Assembly (NCBI GenBank): GCA_964016885.1
Contig: OZ024743.1
Location: forward strand, 217,992,001 to 218,056,000
Source: Eledone cirrhosa
Lineage: Eukaryota
DNA length: 64,000 nt
Direction: 5' to 3'
In this document: positions 15,836-29,782 of the stretch, in pieces
How the letters are laid out: each line of letters starts with the position of its first letter
Numbering within the stretch: the stretch's first letter is position 1
The notes under the pieces: generated by a model
What the model was told of the DNA's origin: nothing
The model's input: only the letters and a program-made list of their open reading frames with translations
The model's database searches: none
Program-made: the position numbers and the translations under genes

Positions 15836-16016
15836 ATTGTTTCTACTTTAGGCACAAGGCCAGCAATTAACCAGTGTATTACTGGTACTTTATGTTATCG
15901 ACCCCGTAAGGATGAAAAGCAAAGTTAACCTCGGCGGGATTTGAACTCAGAATGGCAAGGGCCTAACTCTATGCGTCAAAGCATGGCGTCCGACTATCTA
16001 CCGATACTGCCAATCG
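15835..16016 (-). mobile_element. SINE family A (short-linker variant)
   Basis: Antisense tail tttctactttaggcacaaggccagcaatt, core, and head ctaccgatactgccaat. Confidence 0.85.
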
Positions 16017-16984
16017 AATATAATAATAATGATACTATTTATAGTTATGTATATACTATAAACAACTATAAACAGGAAAGGTCAGTAATTTATTACTACC
16101 TTATTACCAGTAAGAGAAATAGCTCAATGTAAGAACATCAGGTGTTTTACAGGCAGGAATAGAAATTACACAATTATCAAAGTTATTTTCAAATCGTTTT
16201 ATTGCTGACAATCGTTTCTTCCAAACTTTCGTTTGGAATCATCGGAGCATTAGCAATGTTTGTACGTGTAATTAACCTCCTATTCAACTGAACAATCGTA
16301 TTGACGTTTTGAACAACAGTTTCGTATTTACATGGTGGAATGGATGCGACATATATTATACGAAAATTGTACAATAATACAAATTAAAATTAAAAGCACA
16401 GAGTGGAATACATGCGACAGATAATACAAAGGAATAGTCTAATAATTAATTAAAGAGGCATTGAGGAAGAATGAGGACACTAGCAGTACATATGCAAGCG
16501 TGTAGAGAGTGCAAATGCGTTAGTCATATATATAAATACTGTATGGCAAAGTTATCACATAAAATAACACAGGTATACAAGAATATCAAGCAAATGTGTT
16601 AGAGTATTAAAATGTATGGTGGATGTAATGTGATGATTGTTTCTGTAGTGTACAAATGTGTATGTGTTGAGAGTATCAAAGTTATTATCTTTTCCATTAC
16701 ATATGTTAAATTATATTTAAGTTAATGTTTATATTGAATGTTTTTAGTTAGTAACAGCAATGGATTGTAAATTGGTCCTATGATATTCTTATCCATGGAT
16801 TAGAGTTGTTCTACAGCGAGTTTTTCTAACGGTTTAATTTCCGGAAGTGAGTATGAGATCCAAAATTAAGGGGAGGTAAATAGCTAATTAAATTAAATTA
16901 AATTATATAGGAAAGTATTAATTATTTAAATTCTTTGCTCTAATATACATTATATTGTGTTACAAGTGAATCCCTTCTATATAA

Positions 16985-17083
16985 TTGTTTCTACTTTTGG
17001 CACAAGGCCAGCAATTACTCAGTGTATTACTGGTACTTTATTTTATCGACTCCATAAGGATGAAAGGCCAAGTTAACCTCGGC
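16985..17083 (-). mobile_element. SINE family A, 5'-truncated
   Basis: Same tail and core as the 15835 copy. Confidence 0.8.
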
Positions 17084-17287
17084 TGTAACTCTACCTTCTA
17101 TATAATGTTATTTATTTATATTTGACTTTAAATGCAGTCTATTTTCCTATAATACTTTAGAGGTCTCATTACATTGTTATCTATCCATTACTGGACAAGA
17201 TATAAGTTATGGAAAAATGTATAGCTGTTTACAGGTCCAATTAGTTAAATCTCTTGTGTTATTAATATACATTATACTATGTTAATA

Positions 17288-17479
17288 AAGGGTGGTGGAT
17301 TGGCAGTATCGGTAGAGGCTCGGACACTATGCTTTGACGCATAGAGTTACGCCCCTTGCCATTCTGAGTTCAAATTGCGCCAAGGTTAACTTTGCCTTTC
17401 ATCCTTACGGGGTCGATACAATAAAGTACCAGTAATGTACTGGGTAATTGCTGGCCTTGTGCCAAAAGTAGAAACAATT
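17288..17479 (+). mobile_element. SINE family A (short-linker variant)
   Basis: gggtggtggattggcagtatcggtagag ... gttcaaat ... core ... ttgtgccaaaagtagaaac. Confidence 0.88.
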
Positions 17480-18586
17480 AAATTATGTTAAAATTTAATC
17501 CCTTATATACAATGCTATTAATTTATATATTTAATTATAAATGTATATATAATGTATTATCCCATATTACATTAAATGTCTCTACATATTATATATCCAT
17601 TACTGTATATAATATAAGTAAGCTATAGTAGTTATATTAAATGGTGGTAACTTTATATTTATTTCTAATAGTTATTGTAGAGTATAAGGTTTGAGATAAA
17701 TAGGAGTTATGTAGAGGAAAGAGCTAATCAAAGAGTGTGATGCTGTGGGGGCTGATAAGTCCTAGAGGTGAAGTGTTAATGGTGGTCTAGAGACATTAGT
17801 TGCCAGCAGTTCTTTAGTATATTGGTTAACGTACTAGCCTTGCAACCGAGAGATGCGGGATGCGATTGCTAGCAGCCGTCTGTATTCCATATTTCCTTCC
17901 ATCTTGAGGGGTACATTAACAGATTTTCGCAACTATTATAACGCACACATTTCACATGACAGATACCACTAACTGCACATCTAGACATATGCGCAAGTAA
18001 TAAGACACTCAAATTCCAAGAGATTTAATGTACTTGTTTACGTGACAGCTATAATTTCATTTATAACCAATCAAATTACATATATATAAAAAAAAAAGAC
18101 TTCGTGAGCCAGCTTTTTTTAAGTAAAATGAAATTCAAATACAAACTGCCGCGAAAGCTGATGTGCTTATTCACGTGACTGCATCAACCTACCAAACTTG
18201 ACTCATATATGAACCCCCCCCCCCCTCCTCCCCATCCCTTTGTTTGAAGAACTTTGTAACGCGAACTGGTGCGAAATTTATTATACTATTCTCCAACCAA
18301 CCAAATTAATTCTCTAAAAACCTGGCAATGCGAGCCACTTTTTTCCATATTAAACAGAAATAACATTCAAAGACCAACCAGATGTGAGAAAAACCATAGA
18401 CCCTCCATCTCAATTCTACTTTTGAAAACCAGAAGAACTGCGAAACCGGTAAAGGAACCAAATAAATATATATTTAAAAAAAAAAAGACTACAGTTGCAT
18501 TTTCGATTTCACCTTTTTTCCTTATACTTTCCCTCGTGTAGGACACCTCGGTTATTTTTCATTTTGTAAAAAAACCTCACTTTCTA

Positions 18587-18658
<72 letters not shown>

Positions 18659-19027
18659 GAATAAATATTGTTTTCTCCGTTCGAGACGAAGCGAAAGTTT
18701 ATTTGAATTAATATAAAAATGAGAAAACTCCTCGCTAGAACAGTCGTTAGAGAAGCCAAATGCTGCCAATGACAGCGATAAGCATAAAAAATACGTCACA
18801 TACGAAGGTAAGTCAAACATTATCTGCACTTTCCTTATAACATAATTTTAGGCTTGTCTCACTGCCAATAGTACCAACTATAAGCACGCTTATGCGTTTT
18901 TATTGTTGGTACTATTGTGGTCACTAAATCGAAGTTTGAGCTTGATCGCACCAGTTTGCTTGCTACCTACTGTTGCAGATAGAGATAGATAGGTAGACAG
19001 AGAGAGAGGGGGTAAAGAAATAGATAG

Positions 19028-19098
<71 letters not shown>

Positions 19099-19130
19099 AA
19101 AGAAAGATATTTATCTATCTATCTATTTAT

Positions 19131-19237
<107 letters not shown>

Positions 19238-19684
19238 AATAGATAGATAGATAGATTTCTTCTTTTTTTTTATTTATCTTCATATATAGATAGATAGAGA
19301 TTGTTAAACTACTGAACAACCAGAAGGACTTGTCGACAATGTTTGTAAGTTGGGGAGGAAGATATCAATCTACATACATGTTCAAATTACAACATCCCAA
19401 ACAAAGGTATCACAAAGAGCTTTTCACGTGATCAGGCCTTATATAATATTAAATATACACGTGCGTGTGTGGGTGAGTACACCTAATTATGTGTGTATGC
19501 ATGTATGCATGGCTACATGTATGGATGGATAGATGTATGGAGGTTTGGAAGTTTAGATACATGTATATATTTATGTATGGATGGCGAGATGTATATATTT
19601 ATGTATGTATGTGTGTATGTATGTATGTATGTATGTATGTATGTATGTATGTATGTATGTATGTATGTATGTATGTATGTATGT

Positions 19685-22600
19685 TCTTCTGCTTTTATAA
19701 TTTCACAATAGAGAGAGTCGGTGTCTAACATAGACACAAGACTCTCTCATTGGAATTTACACAACATCAACTATGTAGATATGTATGTATGCATGCATCT
19801 GTAGGTATGGATGTTATTGTATGTGTGGATGTGGATGTTTTGAGTTGTATGTGTGCATGTGTATATGCTTTTACCCCAGTAACAACAGGCATAAATCTGA
19901 ATGTGTAATCAGGGTGGAGTATCTGCAGATTTCTCATCAGTTCTGCATAAATATTCTCCTTTTCACTAATCTTTAATATTATATTTCCACTACTGTGCAT
20001 GTTTTCTTCTCCCTGTCCCATATCATAATATCTGGTCTGCATTTTATTGGAGTTTTTACTGGAACATTCCACCAGTACTCTTTCATATTATGTACATGGA
20101 TGTCTTCCACATTGTTGTAGCTTTTAACGTGTTTATTATCGGGGGTATCTTTTTTACGAACTGCATTGTACCACTACATCATGCCTCATGGGTAGATAGT
20201 ACCACGATGACATCTTTGGACAGCTGCTGATGACATGGGTGATATCCTCGATGGTAGTTCTGCAGAGTCTGCACTTGTTATCACATCTAGGTGTTTTGCC
20301 TGCATCCCTATCTCTTTTGCGAATCAGGTATTTCGTGCTAATCTCCTGTTCCTGGATTGCAAAGTGGGAACCAATATAGCGGTTGTTGGTCCAAGATAGA
20401 CTACTTTCCTTATCTATATTACTCTCACTCTGGAGCTTCCTGGCAACATATCCATGCATGATTTTTTGCTGATAGGCATGCAGTTTTTCATCCATGGATT
20501 CACTGCGATACTGCTGAGCGACATCCCTGGGTGTGAGTTTTTGATTATCACACAGGGAATATTTCTCAAGGAGTTCCTTCCCAACTCTCATGATCTTATC
20601 TGTTTCATGCAGATAGACTTGCTCGAGAAGCGGGCTCCTACGCTTCGAGGTTCGTAGATGTTGTCGGAGAGATATGATGCGACATTCAAATGTTGTCTGG
20701 ACTAATGTTAGGCCTCTGCCTCCCTGCTTACATTTCAAGTAAAGGTGGTCTATGTCACTGTCGATGTGGAAGTTTCCGGTGTTGTTCAGCATTTTTCGAG
20801 TTCCAACATCAACTGCTCGAATTTCGCCTATCATCCAATTGAGTATTCCAAACCTTGGTGTTAGGACAGGCACAGCAAACACAATATGAGTCACTGTTTT
20901 GTTTTACGCAGAGAGTTCCGATGGCCAGATCTTTCTTAATCGAGTGTAGTATTCCCTGGTTACGCGTTCTTTATTACAGATACCATTATAGAATATGTTC
21001 TCATCTATCCCCAGGTATCTGTAGCAGTCCTCATCAGATATCGGTGAAACAGTTAGACTATTGATGACAATGTTGCTAGATTGGGTTGTTGTTTTTACCC
21101 GCTTTACAGTCATGTATGAGCATTTATCTTGACCAATCTCCATTCCTATATCCCTTGAGAACGTTGTAACCAGGTCCAGATTTTTCTTCATCCCATTCAT
21201 GTTAGGTTCGTATTTCTGTCCTCCTGTGAGCCAATGATGTATCCCTCACATTTCTTGAGCAGAAAGGACAAGGGGTTTAATGACAAGATGAATAATATGA
21301 CAAAGAGAGTGTCAATAATGTCTGGGACTTTAGCAAGTTGGAGGGCCTCTATCATCCAAGAGTGGGGAACAGAATCGAAAGCTTTCTTGTAGTCCAGCCA
21401 GACTGTAGTCATATTCGTCCTAAGTTGTCGCACCTCCGACATCGCAGTTTTGTTGATTAGGGGTTGTTCAGCACATCCCCAAACCCTTTTCTTTCCAGGT
21501 ACTTGTTCATCTGTGATGATGTTATTATTTTCACAGTGATCTTGGAGGAATAGGTTGAGGCAGGCTGTATACATCTTATACATTATGTTCTGGCATGCAA
21601 TGGGTCGGTAGTTTTTTGCCAAGTGGGTGTCTTTGTTCTTGGGGACCAGTAACGTTTGTGCTAATGTCAACCATTCTGGTATAAGTGTATCTCCCTTAAG
21701 AACTTGTTGGTAGAGGTCGGTAAGATACCTCCGATACAATATCAGTTTTTTTTTGTACCAGTAGCCGACAATCATGTCTCTTCCTGGTGTTTTCTTATCT
21801 TGGAGTTTTCCTATCACAGTCTCAAGGGTACCCTCACTTATTTCGTATGTTTTTGTTGTAGTGTAGGAGCAATAGTTCTTTCGGATTTCTCTTAGCCACA
21901 CTGCATCTTGGTTGAAATTCTTCTTTTCACCCATATTTTTCTCCAAAAGGAATCTATGTTTTTCTGGTATGGGGGCCTCAGTGATACTTATTATTTTGCC
22001 CTTCATATCTCTATAGACTAATGTTTGGTTTCGTCTGAATCTTTTATTAAGTACTTTTCTTTCATCTACCTTCTTCAGGTATCGGTGTTTTTCGCTGACA
22101 GCTCTCAATTCTTCTTTGAGGGTGATCAGCTTATATTGGAGAGTTCTGGTTCTACTGTTACCAAACATCGTCTCTATTTTATTTTTCACTCTTTGTTGGT
22201 GAGGAGTGAGGTTATTTTGTGTTTGTTTGCATGTAAGGAGCATTGTCACATATCCTATGTTTTTTCGTAGGTCAGCAATCTTTTTTTCTATTTTAGTTAT
22301 ATATGATAGTATTTTTGGTGGTGTTTTGTACTTGTTAATATCTCTGCTATCACCAAGATAATGCTTCACTGTCGTTGCTATGGCATATAAACAGGCGTTG
22401 ATTTGCCAAAATGTGGGGTTTTTCTCCGTCGTAAATATTCATCCCCTATTTCATCAATAACACGTAGTATTTCATTATTTGGTTTTTTATTCAACATTGT
22501 CGTTTTAACACGTTCAGCAAGAGAGATATTTATACATGAGTTAATTTCTCTCTGGAAGATTTCGTTGCGGGAAATTTTCAATTGTTTATACTTTTGATTA

Positions 22601-23387
22601 TCATTATCGATAGTATTTTCCACGACAGTCGAGGTAGACTCGGATGGTACACGTGGTGTCACATTTATTCGATTATTATTATTATTATCGATAGTGTTTT
22701 CCCCATCATTCGAGGTAGACTTAGATGGTACAGGTGGTGTCAAGTTTCTCACAGGCATAGTTGTTTCAAGGCGCTGTTCGACCAGGCTGCTAGGAAGTAT
22801 GGTAGCATGGCGACTTGTAGCACGTGTTGCTGATAACATGTTTGTTGTTGGGGACTTACAATTAATAATATTTATCTTATTTTTACGTTCAACAAACGTC
22901 GCTTGTTGGCGTAATTGTTTCGCTGTGAAATAATTTAGCTCTGGGTGCATTTCGTCCCAGTGTAGCTTCATTTTATTCATATAGCCAATGGAGGGATTGT
23001 TTTTTGCCATTTTATAACAATTAAATAAATCATTATTAAGTTCGCAACTCCAAGAGAATTGCGATTTATAATTTCGGTGTCTTCGGTTTCTACAACTGAA
23101 TAAAGTTTGATTACCTTCCTTGTTATTTGTCTTCGATACTTCCTTAATTTTTTTTGTTGATGTTGTGTTCAGCCATGCTGTTTGTAGCAAATCCTTGTAA
23201 AATGAATTATGTATTTAGTCGGATATCTCTACGAATTCGAATAAATGTGTCTTCAGAAGATATAGTTAGAAGAATAACCAATTATGCAACCTGACTGTAG
23301 TTGTGGCATTACTGTCGGAGATAGTATTCATCTTAAATTTATTAGTCTCCCACGTCAAAATATGCGACTGATGGCGTTGACTGTCTA
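19685..23387 (-). mobile_element. R4/Dong-clade non-LTR retrotransposon (RT + restriction-like endonuclease), copy A, full-span but internally deleted
   Basis: Broken single ORF: N-terminal W.CE.N..L..CY...GYM..MK..W motif, RT segments (KTPGRD, NYRPIAC, WLDYKKAFDSVPH), YRYLG, CCHC knuckle CRLCRTTIEDITHVISSC, RHD and endonuclease remnants. Bounded by (TATG)n on both sides. Confidence 0.9.
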
Positions 23388-23457
23388 GTATGTATGTATG
23401 TATGTATGTATGTATGTATGTATGTATGTATGTATGTATGTATGTATGTATGTATGT
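23388..23457. repeat. (TATG)n spacer between the two R4/Dong copies
   Basis: Pure tetranucleotide array; equivalent arrays at ~19600-19684 and 27244-27412. Confidence 0.98.
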
Positions 23458-26400
23458 TCTGGTTTTATAATTTCACAAAGTTTTACCAATAGAGAGAGCG
23501 TCGGTTTCTAACATAGACACAAGACTCTCTCATTGGAATTTACACAACATCAACTCGGTAGATATGTATGTATGTCTGCATGCATGCATGTGTAGATATG
23601 GATGTTATTGTATGTGTGGATGTGTATGTTTTGAGTTGTATGTGTGCATGTGTATATGCTTTGTATCTGTACATGTGTATATGCAGTTATTAGATGCAAA
23701 ATTTTTGGAATGTTTTACATATTTTTACTTTTCCATTAATGGATTGTACTTGTAATTTCCTAACTAGTTGTGTTCTTGCTGTTCCTGTGAAGCCTAGCTT
23801 CTCGAGATTTGTATTGAGGCAGTTACTAACATATCCCAGTGCCCCAATATTCACAGGCATAAATCTGAAGGTGTAATCAGGGTGGAGTATCTGCAGATTT
23901 CTCATCAGTTCTGCATAAATATTCTCCTTTTCACTAATCTTTGATATTATATTGGCATCTGCTGGGCAGCTAATTTCCACTACTGTGCATGTTTTCTTCT
24001 CCCTGTCCCATATCATAATATCTGGTCTGTTATGCTTGCATTTTATTGGGGTTTTTACTGGAACATTCCAACAGTACTCTTTCATATTATGTACATGGAT
24101 GTCTTCCACATTGGTGTAGCTTTTAATGTGTTTATCATCGGGGCTATCTTTTTTACGAACTACATTGTACAGTGTTTTGGCAACTACATCATGCCTCATA
24201 GGTAGATAGTACCGCGATGACATCTTTGGGCAGCTGCTGATGACATCGGTGATATCCTCGATGTTAGTTCTGCAGAGTCTGCACTTGTTATCGCATCCCT
24301 ATCTCATTGTGAATCAGGTATTTCGTGCTAATCTCCTGTTCTTGGATTGCAAAAGCGTATCCTTCAAAGTGGGAGCCAATATAGCGGTTGTTGGTCCAAG
24401 ATAGACTATTTTCCTTATCTATATTACTCTCACTCTGGAGCTTCCTGGCAACATATCCATGCATGATTTTTTGCTGATAGGCATGCAGTTTTTCATCCAT
24501 GGATTCACTGCGATACTGCTGAGCGACATCCCTGGGTGTGAGTTTTTGATTATCACACAGGGAATATTTCTCAAGGAGTTCCTTCCCAACTCTTATGATC
24601 TTATCTGTTTCCTGTAGATAGACTTGCTCGAGAAGCGGGCTCCTACGCTTCAAGGTTCGTAGATGTTGTCGGAGATATATGATGCGACATTCAAATGTTG
24701 TCTGGACTGATGTAAGCCCTCTGCCTTCCTGCCTACGTTTCAACTAAAGGCGGTCTATGTCACTGTTGATGTGGAAGTTTCCGGTGTTGTTCAGTAATTT
24801 TCGAGTTCCAACATCAACTGCTCGGATTTTGTCTATCGTCCAATTGAGTATTCCAAACGTTGGTGTTAGGACAGGCACAGCAAACACATTGTGAGCCACT
24901 GTTTTGTTTTGCGTAGAGAGTTCCGATGACCAGATCTTTCTTAATCGGGTGTAGTATTCCCTGGTTACGCGTTCTTTATTACAGATACCATTATAGAATA
25001 TGTTCTCATCTATCCCCAGGTATCTGTAGCAGTCCTCATCAGATATCGGTGAAACAGTTAGACCATTGATGACAATGTTGCTAGATTGGGTTGTTGTTTT
25101 TACCCGCTTTACAGTCATGTATGAGCATTTATCTTGGCCAAACTCCATTCCTATATCCTTTGAAAACGTTGTAACCAGGTCCAGATTTTTCTTCATCCCA
25201 TTCATGTTCTTGGGATAGAGTTTCAGATCGTCCACAAAGAAGTTATGGGTTAGGTTCGTATTTCTGTCCTCCTGTGAGCCAATGATGTATCCCTCACATT
25301 TCTTGAGCAGAAAGGACAAGGGGTTTAATGACAAGATGAACAATATCACAGAGAGACTGTCCCGCTGAAATATACCCCTGCAATATTTTATTTTATCAGT
25401 GAAAATAGAGTCCTCCCTCTCTGTCTTTAACCTTAGGATAGTAGCCAAGAAGAAGACAGCCTCTCTATGGCTCTGACAATAATGTCTGGGACTTTAGCAA
25501 GTTGGAGGGCCTCTATCATCCAAGAGTGGGGAACAGAATCGAAAGCTTTCTTGTAGTCCAGCCAGACTGTAGTCATATTCGTCCTAAGTTGTCGCACCTC
25601 CGACATCGCAGTTTTTTTTTGTACCAGTAGCCGACAATCATGTCTCTTCCTGGTGTTTTCTTATCTTGGAGTTTTCCTATCACAGTCTCAAGGGTACCCT
25701 CACTTATTTCGTATGTTTTTGTTGTAGTGTAGGAGCAATAGTTCTTTCGGATTTCTCTTAGCCACACTGCATCTTGGTTGAAATTCTTCTTTTCACCCCA
25801 TATTTTTCTCCAAAAAGAATCTATGTCTTTCTTGGATGACACTTATTATTTTGCCCTTCATATCTCTATAGACTGATGTTTGGTTTCGTCTGAATCTTTT
25901 ATTAAGCATTTTTCTCTCATCTACCTTCTTCAAGTATCGGCGTTCTTCGCTAACAGCTCTCAATTCTTGTTTGAGGGTGATCAGCTTATATTGGAGAGTT
26001 CTGGTTCTACTGTTACCAAACATCGTCTCTATTTTATTTTTCACTCTTTGTTGGTGAGGAGTGAGGTTTTTTTGAGGTTTGTTTGCATGTAAGGAGCATT
26101 ATCACATGTCCTATGTTTTTTCGTAGGTCAGCACTCTTTTTTTCTATTTTAGTTATATATGATGGTATTTTTTGTGGTGTTTTGTTCTTGTTAATATCTC
26201 TGCAATCACCAAGATAATGCTTCACTGTCATTGCTAAGGCATATAAACAGGCGTTGATTTGCCAAAATGTTGGGGTTATTCTCCGTCGTAAATATTCATC
26301 CCCTATTTCGTCAATAACACGTAGTGTTTCATTATTTGGTTTTTTATTCACCATTGTCATTTTAACAGTTTCAGCCAAAGAGATATTTATACATGAGTTA

Positions 26401-27243
26401 ATTTCTCTCTGGAAGATTTCGTTGAGGGAAATTTTCAATTGTTTATACTTTTGATTATCATTATCGATAGTATTTTCCACAACAGTCGAGGTAGACTCAC
26501 ATGGTACACGTAGTGTCACATTTATTCGATTATTATTATTATTTCTTCCATTATTATTATTATCGATGGTGTTTTCCCCAGCATTCGAGGTAGACTTAGA
26601 TGGTACAGGCATAGTTATTTCAACGCGCTGTTCGACCTGGCTGCTAGGAAGTCTAGTAGCATGGCGATCTGTAGCACGTGTTGTTGATTCCATGTTTGTT
26701 GTGGGGGACTTACAATTAATAATATTTATCTTATTTTTACGTTCAACAAACGTCGCTTGTTGGCGTAATTGTTTTGCTGTGAAATAATTTAGCTCTGAGT
26801 GCATTTCGTCCCAGTGTAGCTTCATTCTATTCATATAGCCAATGGAGGGATTGTTTTTTGCCATTTTATAACAGTTAAATAAATCATTATTAAGTTCGCA
26901 ACTCCAAGAGAAATGCGATTTATAATTTCGGTTTCTTCTGTAGCTACAACTGAATAAAGTTTGATTACCTTCTTTGTTATTTGTCTTCGATACTTCCTTA
27001 ATTTTCTTGTTGATGTTGTGTTCAGCCATGCTGTTTGTAGCAAATCCTTGTAAAATGAATTATGTATTTAGTCGGATATCTCTAAGAATTCGAATAAAAG
27101 GTGTCTTCAGAAGGGATAGTTAGAAGAATAACCAGTTATTCAACCTGGCTGTAGTTGTGGCATTTCTGTCGGAGATAGTATTCATCTTAAATTTAATAAA
27201 TAGTCTCCCACGCCAAAATATGCGACTGATCGCGTTGACTGAT
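23458..27243 (-). mobile_element. R4/Dong-clade non-LTR retrotransposon, copy B
   Basis: Colinear with copy A. Retains RT GIFQRDSLS and FVDDLKLY and the endonuclease RPDIMIWDREKKTCTVVEISCP...KENIY (23690..24223). Carries frameshifts and a ~300-bp RT deletion. Confidence 0.92.
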
Positions 27244-27589
27244 TATGTATGTATGTATGTATGTATGTATGTATGTATGTATGTATGTATGTATGTATGT
27301 ATGTATGTATGTGTGCATGTATGTATGTATGTATGTATGTATGTATGTATGTATGTATGTATGTATGTATGTATGTATGTATGTATGTATGTATGTGTGC
27401 ATGCATGTATGTAAATAGAAACCTGTCGTCAGCTCCATCTGTGCATAACCACATACATCGGTTTACATGATTATATATATGCCTGCTGGTAGTGATGTAA
27501 ATGTTATGTTCTTCAGATTTACATTAGATACTTTATAAATAGTAGCTTCTTTTGTGTCCAGTTTTCTTTGTTTCAGAATTTAATCATTT

Positions 27590-28490
27590 TCTCAATCAAG
27601 ACAGTGAAAGAGGACATAACTGGGGTGGCGACAACGGGTGGTGATAATGGTGGATATAATGTGTAGGGACAATGTGGCGACAATGTTGGGGACTGTGGTG
27701 GTGTCAACACTGGTGACACTGGTAGTGACAATTTGTTGACAATGGTGGCGACAATGTGGCGACAACTGTGGCGAACGTCTTGTGGTCATTCAAAGTGAAA
27801 TTAGATTCACCCCTATCATCATGATCTTCATCGTCATCATTACCTTCATCATCATCATCGTTGACTTCGTCATCACCATCAACACTGTCATCATCGTTAT
27901 CATGATCATCATCATCATCATCATGATCATCATCATGATCATCATCATGATCATCATCATATATATTTTTATTCCTATGGTGGTGGTGGTGGATGCCACA
28001 GTGATAGCAACAGTGGAGTTGGTGGATGGGTGGTGATGTTAGCGGTGTTAGAAGTGGCAGTTGTGGTGGCGGTGGTGTTATTGGTGGTGGTGGTGCTAGT
28101 GCTGGTCCCGTTGATGACGGCGGTGTGGGTTTTCGGTGGTGTTAGTGGTGGTGGTATCGGTGGTGATAATGGTAGTAGTAGTGCTGGTGTTGTTGATGAT
28201 GGTGGCGGTAGTCGTAGTGGTGGTGGTGGTGGTGGCAATGGTAGTTGTGGCGATGGTGGTAGTGGTACTAGTGCTGTGCTGTTGATGATGATGGTGGTAA
28301 TGTGGTGTTGGTGGTGATTGTGGTGGTGATGTTGGTGGTGGTGGTGGAAATTGTGGTAGTGGCGATTGTGGTAGTGGTGGTGGTGGTGATAGTGGTGCTG
28401 GTGCTGGTGCTGTTGATATGATGATGGTGCTGATTGTGGTGATGTTGGTGGTGGTGGTGTTGCTTCTTCTGGTGATGTAATGGCATTTCT
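27590..28490. repeat. Low-complexity (CAT)n/(GGT)n trinucleotide region
   Basis: Direct reading. Confidence 0.9.
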
Positions 28491-28817
28491 TATTTCTTCT
28501 TGTTACATCTCAACATCCCTTTGTTATCGCTTTATAATTTAACTATTTTTATTCCTATATTTTCTTCTGTGGTTATTGTATATGTTTACCAGAATGTGTT
28601 GTTCGTTTTTTTCATTTTTGCTATTTGTTTGTAATTAGTTTTGATGTTCTTTCGAATCTTTCTTTGCTTCCATATCTCTCGTATATTGTTTTGGAGTTGA
28701 TAGTCCAACATGACTATCAACTCCAACATAAGCACTAAAAGACAATATAGTCTAATGCCAATGTAAAGATTCAGCTTCGATTCTTAAGAAATGTTTTTAT
28801 ATAGTTATTTAAGTATA

Positions 28818-29255
28818 CAGAATCGGTAGAGCGTCGGACATCATGCTTTGCAGCCTAGAGTTTACGGCTCTTTACGTTCTGAGTTCAAATCCCGCCGAGG
28901 TTAGCTTTGCCTTCTCACTTTACGGGGTCGATAAAATAAAGTACAAGTCACTCACTGGGATCGATTTAATCGACTTTCCCCTCCCCCAAAATTGCTGACC
29001 TTGTGCCTAAATCAGAAATCATTATTATCATCATTATTGGTGAATTAGTAGAATCGGTAAAGCCTCGGACAAAATGCTTTGTGGCATAGAACTACGCCTC
29101 TTTATGTTTTGATTTCAAATTCCGCCAGGTTTAGTTTTTCCTTTCATCCTTACGAATTCGATAAAATAAAGTACCAGTAATGCACTGGATCGATTTAATT
29201 GACTTTCCCCGCCCCCTGTAAATTGTTGGCCTTGTGCCTAAATCAGAAACCATTA
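28818..29255 (+). mobile_element. Two tandem SINE family A copies (~28818-29020 and ~29038-29255)
   Basis: Each has a head (agaatcggta), B-box, core and ttgtgcctaaatcagaa tail followed by (ATT/ATC)n. Confidence 0.88.
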
Positions 29256-29599
29256 TTATTATTTTAATATTATTATTATAATCATTATCATTGTAGTTGT
29301 TGTTGTCATTGTATTAATAGTTATTGTTGTTGTTATTGGAGTAAAGTCAAATTAAATCTGTTGTTTCCTGGAAGCGGACGAGACATCAGTTTGTAACTTA
29401 GTAAAAAATAAATAAACTATCAACACAAAAATACAAAGAAGTATTAAGTATATTGTGAAGTAGATCTGGTTGATTATAAACAGAAGACAGCTGCTTTTCT
29501 TTACTTTTCACTATTCTCCGTATCTTGATATCTATATTTGTGTGTGGTTATATATATAAGTTGATTTTAAAAATATTTACTGAAAGAGAAAGGGGTTGT

Positions 29600-29658
<59 letters not shown>

Positions 29659-29749
29659 AGGTTGTCTTTACTCTTTTTCTCTTTTTGATATATATATATA
29701 TACATATATATATATGTGTGTGTGTAGAGAGAGAGATAGAGAAAGAGAG

Positions 29750-29782
<33 letters not shown>

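Noticed and set aside
27782-28486. Gly/Val/Pro/His-rich ORFs
   Set aside because: Low-complexity (GGT)/(CAT) repeats open in several frames on both strands.
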